Shown here: positions 56,600 through 64,000 of the stretch, one piece after another
How positions within the stretch are numbered: position 1 is the stretch's first letter
How the letters are laid out: every line of letters starts with the position of its first letter
From: Bacteriovoracaceae bacterium
GTDB taxonomy: Bacteria > Bdellovibrionota > Bacteriovoracia > Bacteriovoracales > Bacteriovoracaceae
NCBI GenBank assembly: GCA_965217035.1
Contig: OZ244226.1
Span: forward strand, 848,146-912,145
DNA: 64,000 bases
Direction of reading: 5' to 3'
Position numbers and translations under genes: made by a program
The notes under the pieces: model-generated
What the model was told of the DNA's origin: nothing
What the model saw: the letters and a program-made list of their open reading frames with translations, nothing else
The model's database searches: none

Positions 56600-57648
56600 A
56601 ACTTTTGATTACAGGTGGAACTGGATTTATCGGAAAGACATTCCTTCTTAAGTCTTATAATGATTTTGAAAAAATCTACTTACTTGTAAGACCTCATTCT
56701 TTAAAAAAAGCTTTCACTTACTTTAAAGATATTCCTAATATTGAATTTGTTGTCGGTAATATTCTTGATAATGATGTCTGTGAAAGCATCAAAGACTTAG
56801 AGAGAATTTGTGAAGAAGTTGATTCAATCTTTCACTTAGCCGCTATTTACGACTTAGATATGAGTCTTGTCGACGCCTATACTCATAATGTTATTGGCGT
56901 TCAAAATGTTCTTAATCTTGCTCGAAAAATCAAAAACCTAAAATTCTTTCATCATGTTTCAACTTATGCCGTTAATGGAAATCCAAAAAATAGAGTTTAT
57001 GAAAATGATCTCAACGAAAGAGCATCTTTCTCTGATCATTATTCGCGAAGTAAAATGCAAGGAGAACACCTTGTAAGAACAATGAATATCGGGAAGTCTC
57101 AAAAAAGAATTTACCGCCCAGGTATTGTTGTAGGCTCTTATGAGACGGGCCTTATTCAAAAAATAGATGGTCCTTATTACTTCTATAACTTAGTTTTAAA
57201 ATTAAAAGAGTTTTTCCCAGTCATAGAGAAGCTTGGCTTCTTTCCTTTTCCATATGATGAAAGTACGAGTTTTCCTATTATTCCAGTTGATACATTGACC
57301 GATTGGTTTGCAAACTCGATTGCTCATCCTAAAAATGATGAAGAAATTAGAACTTATCATTTCATTTCTGATAGAAATATCGACTTAAAAAACTTCCTAG
57401 AAACATCTTTGAAGGAGCTAGGTCTTAATATTCCGGTCCTTCAGTTAAATCGTTCGCGTTTTTATAAATTTATTCTTCCTCGATTAGGAATTCCTTCAGG
57501 GATTGTAGGTTATCTCTATTCAGGAGCTCAATATGATATTACTCAGCGAAAGAAAGACTTTCCTGAACTCGTTGAGGTTGAGTACCAAGACTATGCGTCT
57601 ACTCTCGTGAAAGGATTTGAAAAGTATATTCAGGAGCAAATTCAATGA
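56596..57648 (+). CDS. thioester-reductase-type SDR (NAD_binding_4 / fatty acyl-CoA reductase-like)
   Basis: 350 aa. LITGGTGFIGK, IFHLAAIYDLDMS...NVIGVQNVLNLA...FFHHVSTYAV, and the catalytic YSRSK (YxxxK) are present. ATGA overlaps on both sides. Confidence 0.75.
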   Translation: MKLLITGGTGFIGKTFLLKSYNDFEKIYLLVRPHSLKKAFTYFKDIPNIEFVVGNILDNDVCESIKDLERICEEVDSIFHLAAIYDLDMSLVDAYTHNVIGVQNVLNLARKIKNLKFFHHVSTYAVNGNPKNRVYENDLNERASFSDHYSRSKMQGEHLVRTMNIGKSQKRIYRPGIVVGSYETGLIQKIDGPYYFYNLVLKLKEFFPVIEKLGFFPFPYDESTSFPIIPVDTLTDWFANSIAHPKNDEEIRTYHFISDRNIDLKNFLETSLKELGLNIPVLQLNRSRFYKFILPRLGIPSGIVGYLYSGAQYDITQRKKDFPELVEVEYQDYASTLVKGFEKYIQEQIQ

Positions 57649-59720
57649 AAGAAATTATTAACATTTCTCTAGGTTCAGCTTCTGAAAACTTTGACGAGAC
57701 AATTTCTGTACTTGGAACAACCTTTCGGATTAAAAGATTAGGAGTCGACTTTAACATTAATTTAGCTAAAAAACTTATCGAGCAATATCGTAATTCTGTT
57801 GATCTTTTTGCACTTTCAGGTTTCCCTCCGATCATCAATCTTAAGAGTAAGACCTATATTCATTGTCAATTGAGACAGATTATTAAGGCTACCGATGGCG
57901 TCCCTATTATTGATGGACAAGCCTTAAGAGATGTTTATCAACCATGGTTCCTTGACCGTCTTTTACAAGCATCGCCTGATTTCTTTGATGGAAAAAGAGT
58001 TGGATTCTTTACTGGTTGTATTCAAATGAATATTCTCAAAGAACTTGAAAAGCATAATTGCGAACTTCGATTTGCTGATCCTTACTTCTTCTATAGAGTT
58101 CCAAAGACACTTAAGACCTCTGCTGATTTAGATCTTTTTCTAAAATCAAATATTCAAATTCTAACTCGCTATCGCTTAAGAAAACTACAATTGCGAGACT
58201 TTACGAATCCTCTGGCAAAGAAAATGCCTTCTTTTCGAAAATTTTTAAACTCAGATATTTTTATCGCAAATAGCTCTCAACTTGATTATGTAAAGCTCCC
58301 AAGACTCGATGGAAAAACTTTTATTCTTGAACATCTCACAAAGAAAAACGAGGAAAAGTTAAGAGCCGCAGGCGTTGAAAGAATTCTAACGATAACGAAG
58401 GGGAATCTTGATCTTCCTGTTTTAAATCTTACTCTCCTACAAGCAATCTTTCAGCTTCTCAAAGACGATCTTTCACCTCTTACGGCCAGTGAAATCATTG
58501 AATTTACCGATAAGTTAAACTTGGCACCTAAAATTAATAAAGCGGAACAGAGAAATATAGAAGAAGATAATAAAACCCATAAGTTCTCTTTTATCGTCCA
58601 TCCGTTGAGCATTAATCACATCTTTCTTCATCCCGCTTTAAAGCCACTCGGAAGAAATAAAGGTATAAAGAAAGCAACAGAGAAACTAATTACATTAGCT
58701 CCTGGAACTTATTATGGAAAAGTTCTTGGGGTTAAAAGTGAAGCAACAGGGAAAGAGGTCGTAGGAGAGATCTATACGATTTTAGATACCCCTAAAATGA
58801 TGATGAAGGCTAAAAAGGAATGCATTTACAGAAAACTTGTTAATATTACCCATCAAGCTAAAAATAGAAACTCTAAAATCATTGGATTAGGCGCTTATAC
58901 AAAAATTGTAGGAGACGCGGGAGTCACTGTCGCAAAACGAAGCCCCATTCCAGTGACAACAGGAAACTCTTTGTCTGCAGCCTCTACTCTTTGGGCAGCT
59001 TCTTATGGAATTCAGAAGATGAATTTTGTTAACAAAGATGATGACATCTATCAAGGTACCGCCATGGTCGTCGGAGCGACAGGAAGCATTGGAAAAGTTT
59101 GTTCTAAACTTCTTTCGAAGTTTTGGGAAAATATTATTATTGTTGCTCCAAGGCCTTTTAAGCTTGTTGATCTAGCTAAAGAGATTAAAAAAATTTCTCC
59201 GAGTTGTAATATTACTTATTCAACAAGTCCCGATGATCACCTTCAAACAGCAGATCTTGTTATTACGACAACATCTGCCCAAGGAAGAAAAATCCTCGAT
59301 ATCGAAGAAGCAAAACCTGGAGCAGTCATATGTGATGTTTCAAGACCATTTGACATTAGTCTAGAAGACAGTTTAAAGAGACCTGACGTTCTTGTTATTG
59401 CGAGTGGGGAAGTTGAACTTCCAGGCAATAATGTCAAATTAACTTGCGATATTGGTCTGCCCGGAACGACGGTTTATGCATGTCTTGCGGAAACTGCTCT
59501 TCTTGCATTAGAAGGTCGCTTCGAAAATTTCAGTCTTTCAAGAGATATTAATTATCGAAAAGTGATAGAAATTGACTCGCTTGCTAGAAAGCATGGTGTG
59601 AAGCTTTCTGCTATCATGGGGCATGACTCTGAAATCACAGATGATGAGATTGCTCTTTGCAGAGAACACGCCCTAAGAAAAAGACTAGAGGAAGAAGATA
59701 ACGATGAATTGTGTCTCTAG
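57645..59720 (+). CDS. fusion protein: uncharacterised N-terminal alpha/beta domain plus C-terminal acyl-ACP reductase (cyanobacterial AAR)-like domain
   Basis: 691 aa. From residue ~325, the blocks FSFIVHPLS, IGLGAYTKIV, VTTGNSLSAAS, AMVVGATGSIGKVCSKLL, VYACLAETALLALEGRFENFSLSR and RKHGV parallel, in the same order, the blocks I recall from cyanobacterial AAR (FGLIGHLTS, ALGGFTSII, FTTGNTHTA, VVGATGDIGSAV, FACFAEAMLLEFEG..NFSWGR). This includes the Cys in the ACxAE block. The N-terminal ~320 aa (INISLGSASENFD...RLGVDFNINLAKKLIEQY...DLFALSG) resemble a family often auto-annotated as quinate 5-dehydrogenase. Confidence 0.6.
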   Translation: MKEIINISLGSASENFDETISVLGTTFRIKRLGVDFNINLAKKLIEQYRNSVDLFALSGFPPIINLKSKTYIHCQLRQIIKATDGVPIIDGQALRDVYQPWFLDRLLQASPDFFDGKRVGFFTGCIQMNILKELEKHNCELRFADPYFFYRVPKTLKTSADLDLFLKSNIQILTRYRLRKLQLRDFTNPLAKKMPSFRKFLNSDIFIANSSQLDYVKLPRLDGKTFILEHLTKKNEEKLRAAGVERILTITKGNLDLPVLNLTLLQAIFQLLKDDLSPLTASEIIEFTDKLNLAPKINKAEQRNIEEDNKTHKFSFIVHPLSINHIFLHPALKPLGRNKGIKKATEKLITLAPGTYYGKVLGVKSEATGKEVVGEIYTILDTPKMMMKAKKECIYRKLVNITHQAKNRNSKIIGLGAYTKIVGDAGVTVAKRSPIPVTTGNSLSAASTLWAASYGIQKMNFVNKDDDIYQGTAMVVGATGSIGKVCSKLLSKFWENIIIVAPRPFKLVDLAKEIKKISPSCNITYSTSPDDHLQTADLVITTTSAQGRKILDIEEAKPGAVICDVSRPFDISLEDSLKRPDVLVIASGEVELPGNNVKLTCDIGLPGTTVYACLAETALLALEGRFENFSLSRDINYRKVIEIDSLARKHGVKLSAIMGHDSEITDDEIALCREHALRKRLEEEDNDELCL

Positions 59721-61122
59721 TTTCTATAGCTCAAAGTCTAATAGTTCAGACCGTCCTGCTATTGTTTTTTTTGATGGAATTAACTCTCTTTCAAAGACTA
59801 AAAGAGCAACAAGCTTTAAAGAGTTTCATGAAAAAACTTTAAAAGCTCAGCAATATTTACTTAAAAATGGTTTCACAAAAGATGACACGATCCTATTAAT
59901 GGAAATGCCGAGTCCAAACTTCTTCGCCTTTATCATTGCTTCCTTATCTCTTGGAATAAAAATTCTTATTATCGAGCCTTGGTTATCATTAGACAAAATA
60001 ACAAAAATCATTGAAAGAACAAAACCGAAAGGATTTATGACTGCCTTATTTGGCCGAGTTTGGGGAATTCGCTCCAAAGCGGTAAGAAATATTCCAAACT
60101 GGTTCAACTCATCTGTTCTTAATAGTTATTCGGCAAGCAAGGAACCGACAATAGAGCAAATGGATGATCAAGCGAATGCAATTATCACATTTACAACAGG
60201 AACCACTGGAACTCCAAAAGCGGTTCACAGAAAACATGGATATCTTCTTACTCAGATGCAAGTTCTCAAAAAACATTTCCACTATAATCGTTTCACCGGC
60301 CCAGATTTAACAATTTTTACAAATATTGTTCTTTTAAATCTAGTTAGTGGTAAAACAAGTCTCTTTGTTCCACCAAAATGGCCAAAAAAATCTCTTAGAG
60401 ATCTTGATAAATTACCAAAAAATCTTCGACCTCAAACAACTGCGGTTGGACCGGCTTTTCTCGAAAAACTACTTAATCATTCAGAATTAAATGGATTGGA
60501 ATCACTCCATGTTGGAGGAGCTCTGTGCGACAATTCAGTCTATGAAAGAGCAATAAAGAAATGGGAAGGTAAAGAGCTTATCCATGTTTATGGCTCAAGT
60601 GAAGCTGAACCTGTAGCTCTTTCAAATCTTGAGGAAGCTGTACAGAAAAGTAAGGATAATAATTATTTTCAAACACTTTATCTCGGAAAAACAGTTGAAG
60701 AAATAACAATGAATATTGAAGAAAAGAGTGCCTGGATTAGTGGTATTCATGTCTCTCCTCTTTACGAAGGAGACTCTGAAGAGGCCCGTAAAAATAAGAA
60801 AATCGATGAGGATGGTAGACTTTGGCATAATATGGGAGACAGAATTTCTGAATCTGTTGATGGCCTTTGGTATAAAGGACGAGACTTTCAAGAACTCAAT
60901 GATTTTGAGCTCGAACAAAAAATTTATAATCTCACAGATCATTCTCGTTCCTTTATTCATACGGTTAATGATAAAAAGTACTTAGTTGGTGAAGATCTTC
61001 CAGTTAAAACAATTAAACAAAACCACCCAGAGATTGATCAAGTTTTCTCAACAAAGATTATTCGCGACAAACGCCATAGAGCTCGAATTGATCGTCCTAG
61101 CTCTTTAAAAGGATTAATATGA
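59704..61122 (+). CDS. AMP-dependent synthetase/ligase (adenylate-forming; fatty acyl-AMP/ACP ligase-like)
   Basis: 472 aa. The AMP-binding core is ITFTTGTTGTPKAV, followed by IHVYGSSEAEP and a GD...DG..W..GR block (NMGDRISESVDGLWYKGRD). 17-nt overlap with the upstream gene. Confidence 0.8.
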   Translation: MNCVSSFYSSKSNSSDRPAIVFFDGINSLSKTKRATSFKEFHEKTLKAQQYLLKNGFTKDDTILLMEMPSPNFFAFIIASLSLGIKILIIEPWLSLDKITKIIERTKPKGFMTALFGRVWGIRSKAVRNIPNWFNSSVLNSYSASKEPTIEQMDDQANAIITFTTGTTGTPKAVHRKHGYLLTQMQVLKKHFHYNRFTGPDLTIFTNIVLLNLVSGKTSLFVPPKWPKKSLRDLDKLPKNLRPQTTAVGPAFLEKLLNHSELNGLESLHVGGALCDNSVYERAIKKWEGKELIHVYGSSEAEPVALSNLEEAVQKSKDNNYFQTLYLGKTVEEITMNIEEKSAWISGIHVSPLYEGDSEEARKNKKIDEDGRLWHNMGDRISESVDGLWYKGRDFQELNDFELEQKIYNLTDHSRSFIHTVNDKKYLVGEDLPVKTIKQNHPEIDQVFSTKIIRDKRHRARIDRPSSLKGLI

Positions 61123-61961
61123 AAAGCCCTTATTTACAGTTTATTCTTCAAAGAGTTCCTATCATTCCACAACTTCTTCTAAGCTATGGTTTTAGTTATT
61201 CAGGGCTTTATCTTACTGGAGTTGAAACTAATCTCGTTCATTTTGTTTCTTTTATTGTTTTTATGTTTCTCACTCAATTACGTTTTATGGACGAAATAAA
61301 AGACTTTGAAAAAGATAAAATCGCAAACCCAGATAGACCACTCCCTAAGGGACTCATCTCTGCCCAATCTGTCCTAAAAGGCATTACCATTCTCGGTACA
61401 ATTTTAATTGTTTTAAATATTTGTACCTTTGCTCTTTCCCAAACAGGCGGAGTCTGGTTAATGATAACTCTTATTTGGCTCCTCTTAATGTATAAAGAAT
61501 TTTTCTTAGGAGAGAAATTAGCTGAATACCCTCTAGTCTATGCAATTACTCATCAAATTATTATTGTGCCTCTTGTGCTTTTTATTGCGACCACATTAAA
61601 TCCAGATTCAGAAATTACAAATACCGTAAACTACTCTTTTATGGTCTTTGGTGGTTTTTTTAGTTACGAAATAGGAAGAAAACTTAACCCCAATGCTCAC
61701 GAAGTTTTAAAAACCTATTTAAAGGTTTATGGCCTTCCCATAACAATTCTCTTAACTGTCATTCTAATGGCAATCAGCTGTTATTTTGCAAATAGTTTAA
61801 ATCTTCTAAAACCGATTGGAATATCAAGTACTCTAGCGCTTGCCAGTTATTTTATACTTTTTTCAAAACCTAATATTTATAAACTTACAGAATTACTCAT
61901 AACACTTAACTTACTTTTGATACTTTGGATTATTCCTCTTAAAAATTGGATAAATTTATGA
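61119..61961 (+). CDS. UbiA-superfamily intramembrane prenyl/alkyl transferase
   Basis: 280 aa with ~8 hydrophobic helices. The first Asp-rich motif plus following loop is RFMDEIKDFEKDKIANPDRPLPKGLIS (compare NDxxDxxxD...RPLxxG). ATGA overlaps on both sides. Confidence 0.75.
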   Translation: MKSPYLQFILQRVPIIPQLLLSYGFSYSGLYLTGVETNLVHFVSFIVFMFLTQLRFMDEIKDFEKDKIANPDRPLPKGLISAQSVLKGITILGTILIVLNICTFALSQTGGVWLMITLIWLLLMYKEFFLGEKLAEYPLVYAITHQIIIVPLVLFIATTLNPDSEITNTVNYSFMVFGGFFSYEIGRKLNPNAHEVLKTYLKVYGLPITILLTVILMAISCYFANSLNLLKPIGISSTLALASYFILFSKPNIYKLTELLITLNLLLILWIIPLKNWINL

Positions 61962-64000
61962 AAATGTTGTTAAAACAAAGCGATTCATTAGAAAATCACC
62001 TTCAAGAAAGTGGTGGAAAAGGGTATAACCTCGCAAAACTTTTTCAACAAAACATTACTGTTCCTGAATTCTTTGTCGTTACGAATACTCTTTTTCAAGA
62101 GTACAAAAAATTTATCAAATTTGATGAATCTAAATATGAAAATCTTTCTTTTTCTGAAAAAACAAAAGAAATCGAAAATCTCTTCTCTCAAAATGAAATT
62201 CCTAATAATTTGTATCAACCAATTGAAAAGATTCTCGCAACCAATGATTTTTCAAATAAACTTTTTGCAGTAAGATCAAGTGGCCTTGACGAAGACTCGA
62301 GCGATCATTCATTTGCAGGAATGTTCTCATCATTTCTTTTTCAAGAGACTCATGAACAAGTAAACCTCGCCATTAGAAAATGCTGGGCCAGTGCTTATAC
62401 AGAAAGGGCCCTAGAGTATAGAAAGAAGAATGGATTAAACCTTTCAAATATAGCCATGGGTGTTGTTATCCAGAGAATGATCAATTCTGAAAAATCGGGA
62501 GTCCTCTTCACAAGAAATCCTGTCGATCCACTCGATAGAGACAATCTAATTATTGATAGTGTCTATGGACAAGGGGAAGGTCTTGTCAGTGGTTTGTTAG
62601 ATGCTGATCATTATAAGTTTTCTCGAAAAGAAAAAAAACTAGAATCAAATATAATAAAGAAAACCTCAAAACTTGTGAGAGAAGGATCTAAACCAGGCTT
62701 AGTTGAAGAAGATGTTCCTGAAAATCTCCAAGAAGTTTCTAGTCTAGAAGAAAGTGAAGTTGCTAAAATTGCAGAGAAGGGAATTCAACTCGAAACAATC
62801 AATCAAGCTCCTCAGGATATTGAATGGGCCATCGAAAATGGAACTGTTTACTTCTTGCAAATGAGACCAATCACAAACCTTCCACCTCCAGAGTTCTACG
62901 ATAAAGAAATCAATGGAGATGAACCAACTCTTTGGGATAATTCTAATATTGTCGAAAGCTTCAGCGGTGTAACCTTACCACTCACCTACTCCGGGACATC
63001 AAAGAGTTATGCCATTGTTTACCGCCAAACCTTTAGAGTGATAGGAATTCCGGAGAAATATATAGAACAATATGACGAGCAATTCGAGAACATGCTTGGT
63101 TATATAAGAGGTCATGTTTATTATAATCTATTGAATTGGTACAAAGTTCTTTTCCTACTTCCTAGTAGTTCAAACAATAAAGAATTTATGGAAACAATGA
63201 TGGGAGTAAAAGAAGATCTCCATGAAGATCATCAAAAACTTTTCAACTTCACAAATGATATCCCTAAATATTCTAAATTAGAAAAGATTTCGATTTCACT
63301 CAATCTTGCTTTTAAATTTTTTTCTTTCGAATCAAGAAGAAAAAAATTTGTTAAAAAGTTCACTAAAATCTATGATGAGTATAACGCAACAGACTTCAAA
63401 AAAAGATCTTTAAAATCCCTAGAACAATCTTTCAAACGCTGGAACCAAGAAATCATTTACAATTGGGAAACACCCATACTCAATGACATCTTTGTCATGA
63501 TATTTTTTGGAGTTCTGAAAAAACTTACTTCGAAGTGGATTCAAACAGAACAAGACTTCACCACATTACAAAATGATCTCCTTTGTGGAGAAGGAGGTCT
63601 TGAAAGTACGATGCCAACGAAAGTTCTCATGGAAATCGCTAGCGAGGTCGACCAAAATCAAGAGCAAAGAGACTTTATTTTGAATAGTGAACTAGAATCT
63701 CTTCATGAAAAGCTCTTTGTAAGCTCACATGAAGACCTTAAGGCCAGAATAAGTGATTATCTCTTCCGTTACGGGTTTCGTTGTCACAATGAACAGAAAC
63801 TTGAAGAACAAGATCTCACAGAGAATCCGACATTTGTTTACTCTAACCTACAAAACTATCTGAGGATGAAAAACTATAGTGTCAAAGAGATGGAAGAAAG
63901 AGAACAGAAGATTAGAAAAGAAGCCGAAAAACTTGTAAGCTCGCACATTAGTGGAGCTAAAAAAACTGTTTTCTTTTGGGTTTTAAAGAATGCAAGAAGA
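61958..64000 (+). CDS. PEP-utilising enzyme family protein (PPDK_N ATP-grasp; PEP synthase / rifampicin-phosphotransferase-like), 3' end beyond window
   Basis: Not in the ORF track because it is open at the right edge. Manual translation from the ATG at 61958 gives MKMLLKQSDSLENHLQESGGKGYNLAKLFQQNITVPEFFVV...FAVRSSGLDEDSSDHSFAGMFSSFLF...CWASAYTERALEYRKKNGL...MGVVIQRMINSEKSGVLFTRNP...IDSVYGQGEGLVSG, the PPDK_N signature blocks. The frame is open for 681 codons to 64000. The two small track ORFs at 61988-62273 lie inside it. Confidence 0.8.
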   Translation, partial: MKMLLKQSDSLENHLQESGGKGYNLAKLFQQNITVPEFFVVTNTLFQEYKKFIKFDESKYENLSFSEKTKEIENLFSQNEIPNNLYQPIEKILATNDFSNKLFAVRSSGLDEDSSDHSFAGMFSSFLFQETHEQVNLAIRKCWASAYTERALEYRKKNGLNLSNIAMGVVIQRMINSEKSGVLFTRNPVDPLDRDNLIIDSVYGQGEGLVSGLLDADHYKFSRKEKKLESNIIKKTSKLVREGSKPGLVEEDVPENLQEVSSLEESEVAKIAEKGIQLETINQAPQDIEWAIENGTVYFLQMRPITNLPPPEFYDKEINGDEPTLWDNSNIVESFSGVTLPLTYSGTSKSYAIVYRQTFRVIGIPEKYIEQYDEQFENMLGYIRGHVYYNLLNWYKVLFLLPSSSNNKEFMETMMGVKEDLHEDHQKLFNFTNDIPKYSKLEKISISLNLAFKFFSFESRRKKFVKKFTKIYDEYNATDFKKRSLKSLEQSFKRWNQEIIYNWETPILNDIFVMIFFGVLKKLTSKWIQTEQDFTTLQNDLLCGEGGLESTMPTKVLMEIASEVDQNQEQRDFILNSELESLHEKLFVSSHEDLKARISDYLFRYGFRCHNEQKLEEQDLTENPTFVYSNLQNYLRMKNYSVKEMEEREQKIRKEAEKLVSSHISGAKKTVFFWVLKNARR

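Noticed and set aside
61988-62273. Track ORFs 61988..62218(-) and 62010..62273(+)
   Set aside because: Both lie inside the long open frame starting at 61958, which carries unmistakable PPDK_N motifs (GGKGYNL, AVRSSGLDEDS..SFAGM).
1-64000. CRISPR arrays, tRNA/rRNA genes, IS elements, integrases, prophage or toxin-antitoxin modules
   Set aside because: I saw no regularly spaced direct repeats, no cloverleaf-like or rRNA-like conserved stretches in the few intergenic gaps, and no transposase, recombinase or phage-like translations in the ORF set.

Overview
By eye this is an AT-rich (roughly one-third GC), very compact bacterial chromosomal segment. I support about 62 protein-coding genes. Many are chained by ATGA-type 4-nt overlaps, and there is almost no intergenic space. 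I recognised no rRNA, tRNA, CRISPR array, transposase or integrase.

The gene content suggests a Bdellovibrionota-type predatory bacterium (Bacteriovorax/Halobacteriovorax-like), but this taxon is inference only. The supporting content is two TIGR02147-like HTH paralogs, an AgmX/PglI-type C-terminal domain lipoprotein, and many secreted proteases and lipoproteins.

- **Confident housekeeping calls:** rsmD, dtd, gshB, miaB, eno, cpaF-like ATPase, queF, mutS2, Hsp20, MscS, cysS, lgt, an NRAMP transporter, a PlsC-type acyltransferase, a class I/II aminotransferase and a class-3 aldehyde dehydrogenase.
- **Start codons:** the ORF track translates TTG/GTG as M and often over-extends N-termini. I re-set starts where an ATG with a GGAG-type Shine-Dalgarno (SD) sequence or an ATGA overlap is visible.

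Most interesting observations:
1. **55622 to beyond 64000.** A translationally coupled six-gene operon combines a lipid kinase, a thioester-reductase-type SDR, a fusion protein with a cyanobacterial-type acyl-ACP-reductase-like domain, an adenylate-forming ligase, a UbiA-family transferase and a PEP-utilising/PPDK_N phosphotransferase. I do not recognise this combination as a described pathway. It looks like a fatty aldehyde/alcohol-derived lipid pathway.
2. **23216-26031.** A sphingosine-1-phosphate-lyase-like PLP enzyme and a fatty-aldehyde-type ALDH3 form an operon.
3. **6653-9520.** A 955-aa protein looks like an Eco57I/PglX-type methyltransferase with degenerate catalytic motifs.
4. **46954-50140.** A polytopic P-loop ATPase is translationally overlapped with a small MscS channel.
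5. **30171-31786.** A GNAT/PlsC pair resembles OlsB/OlsA aminolipid operons. The acyltransferase seems to need an AUU start.

All functional calls rest on motif-level reading of the translations. No searches were run.
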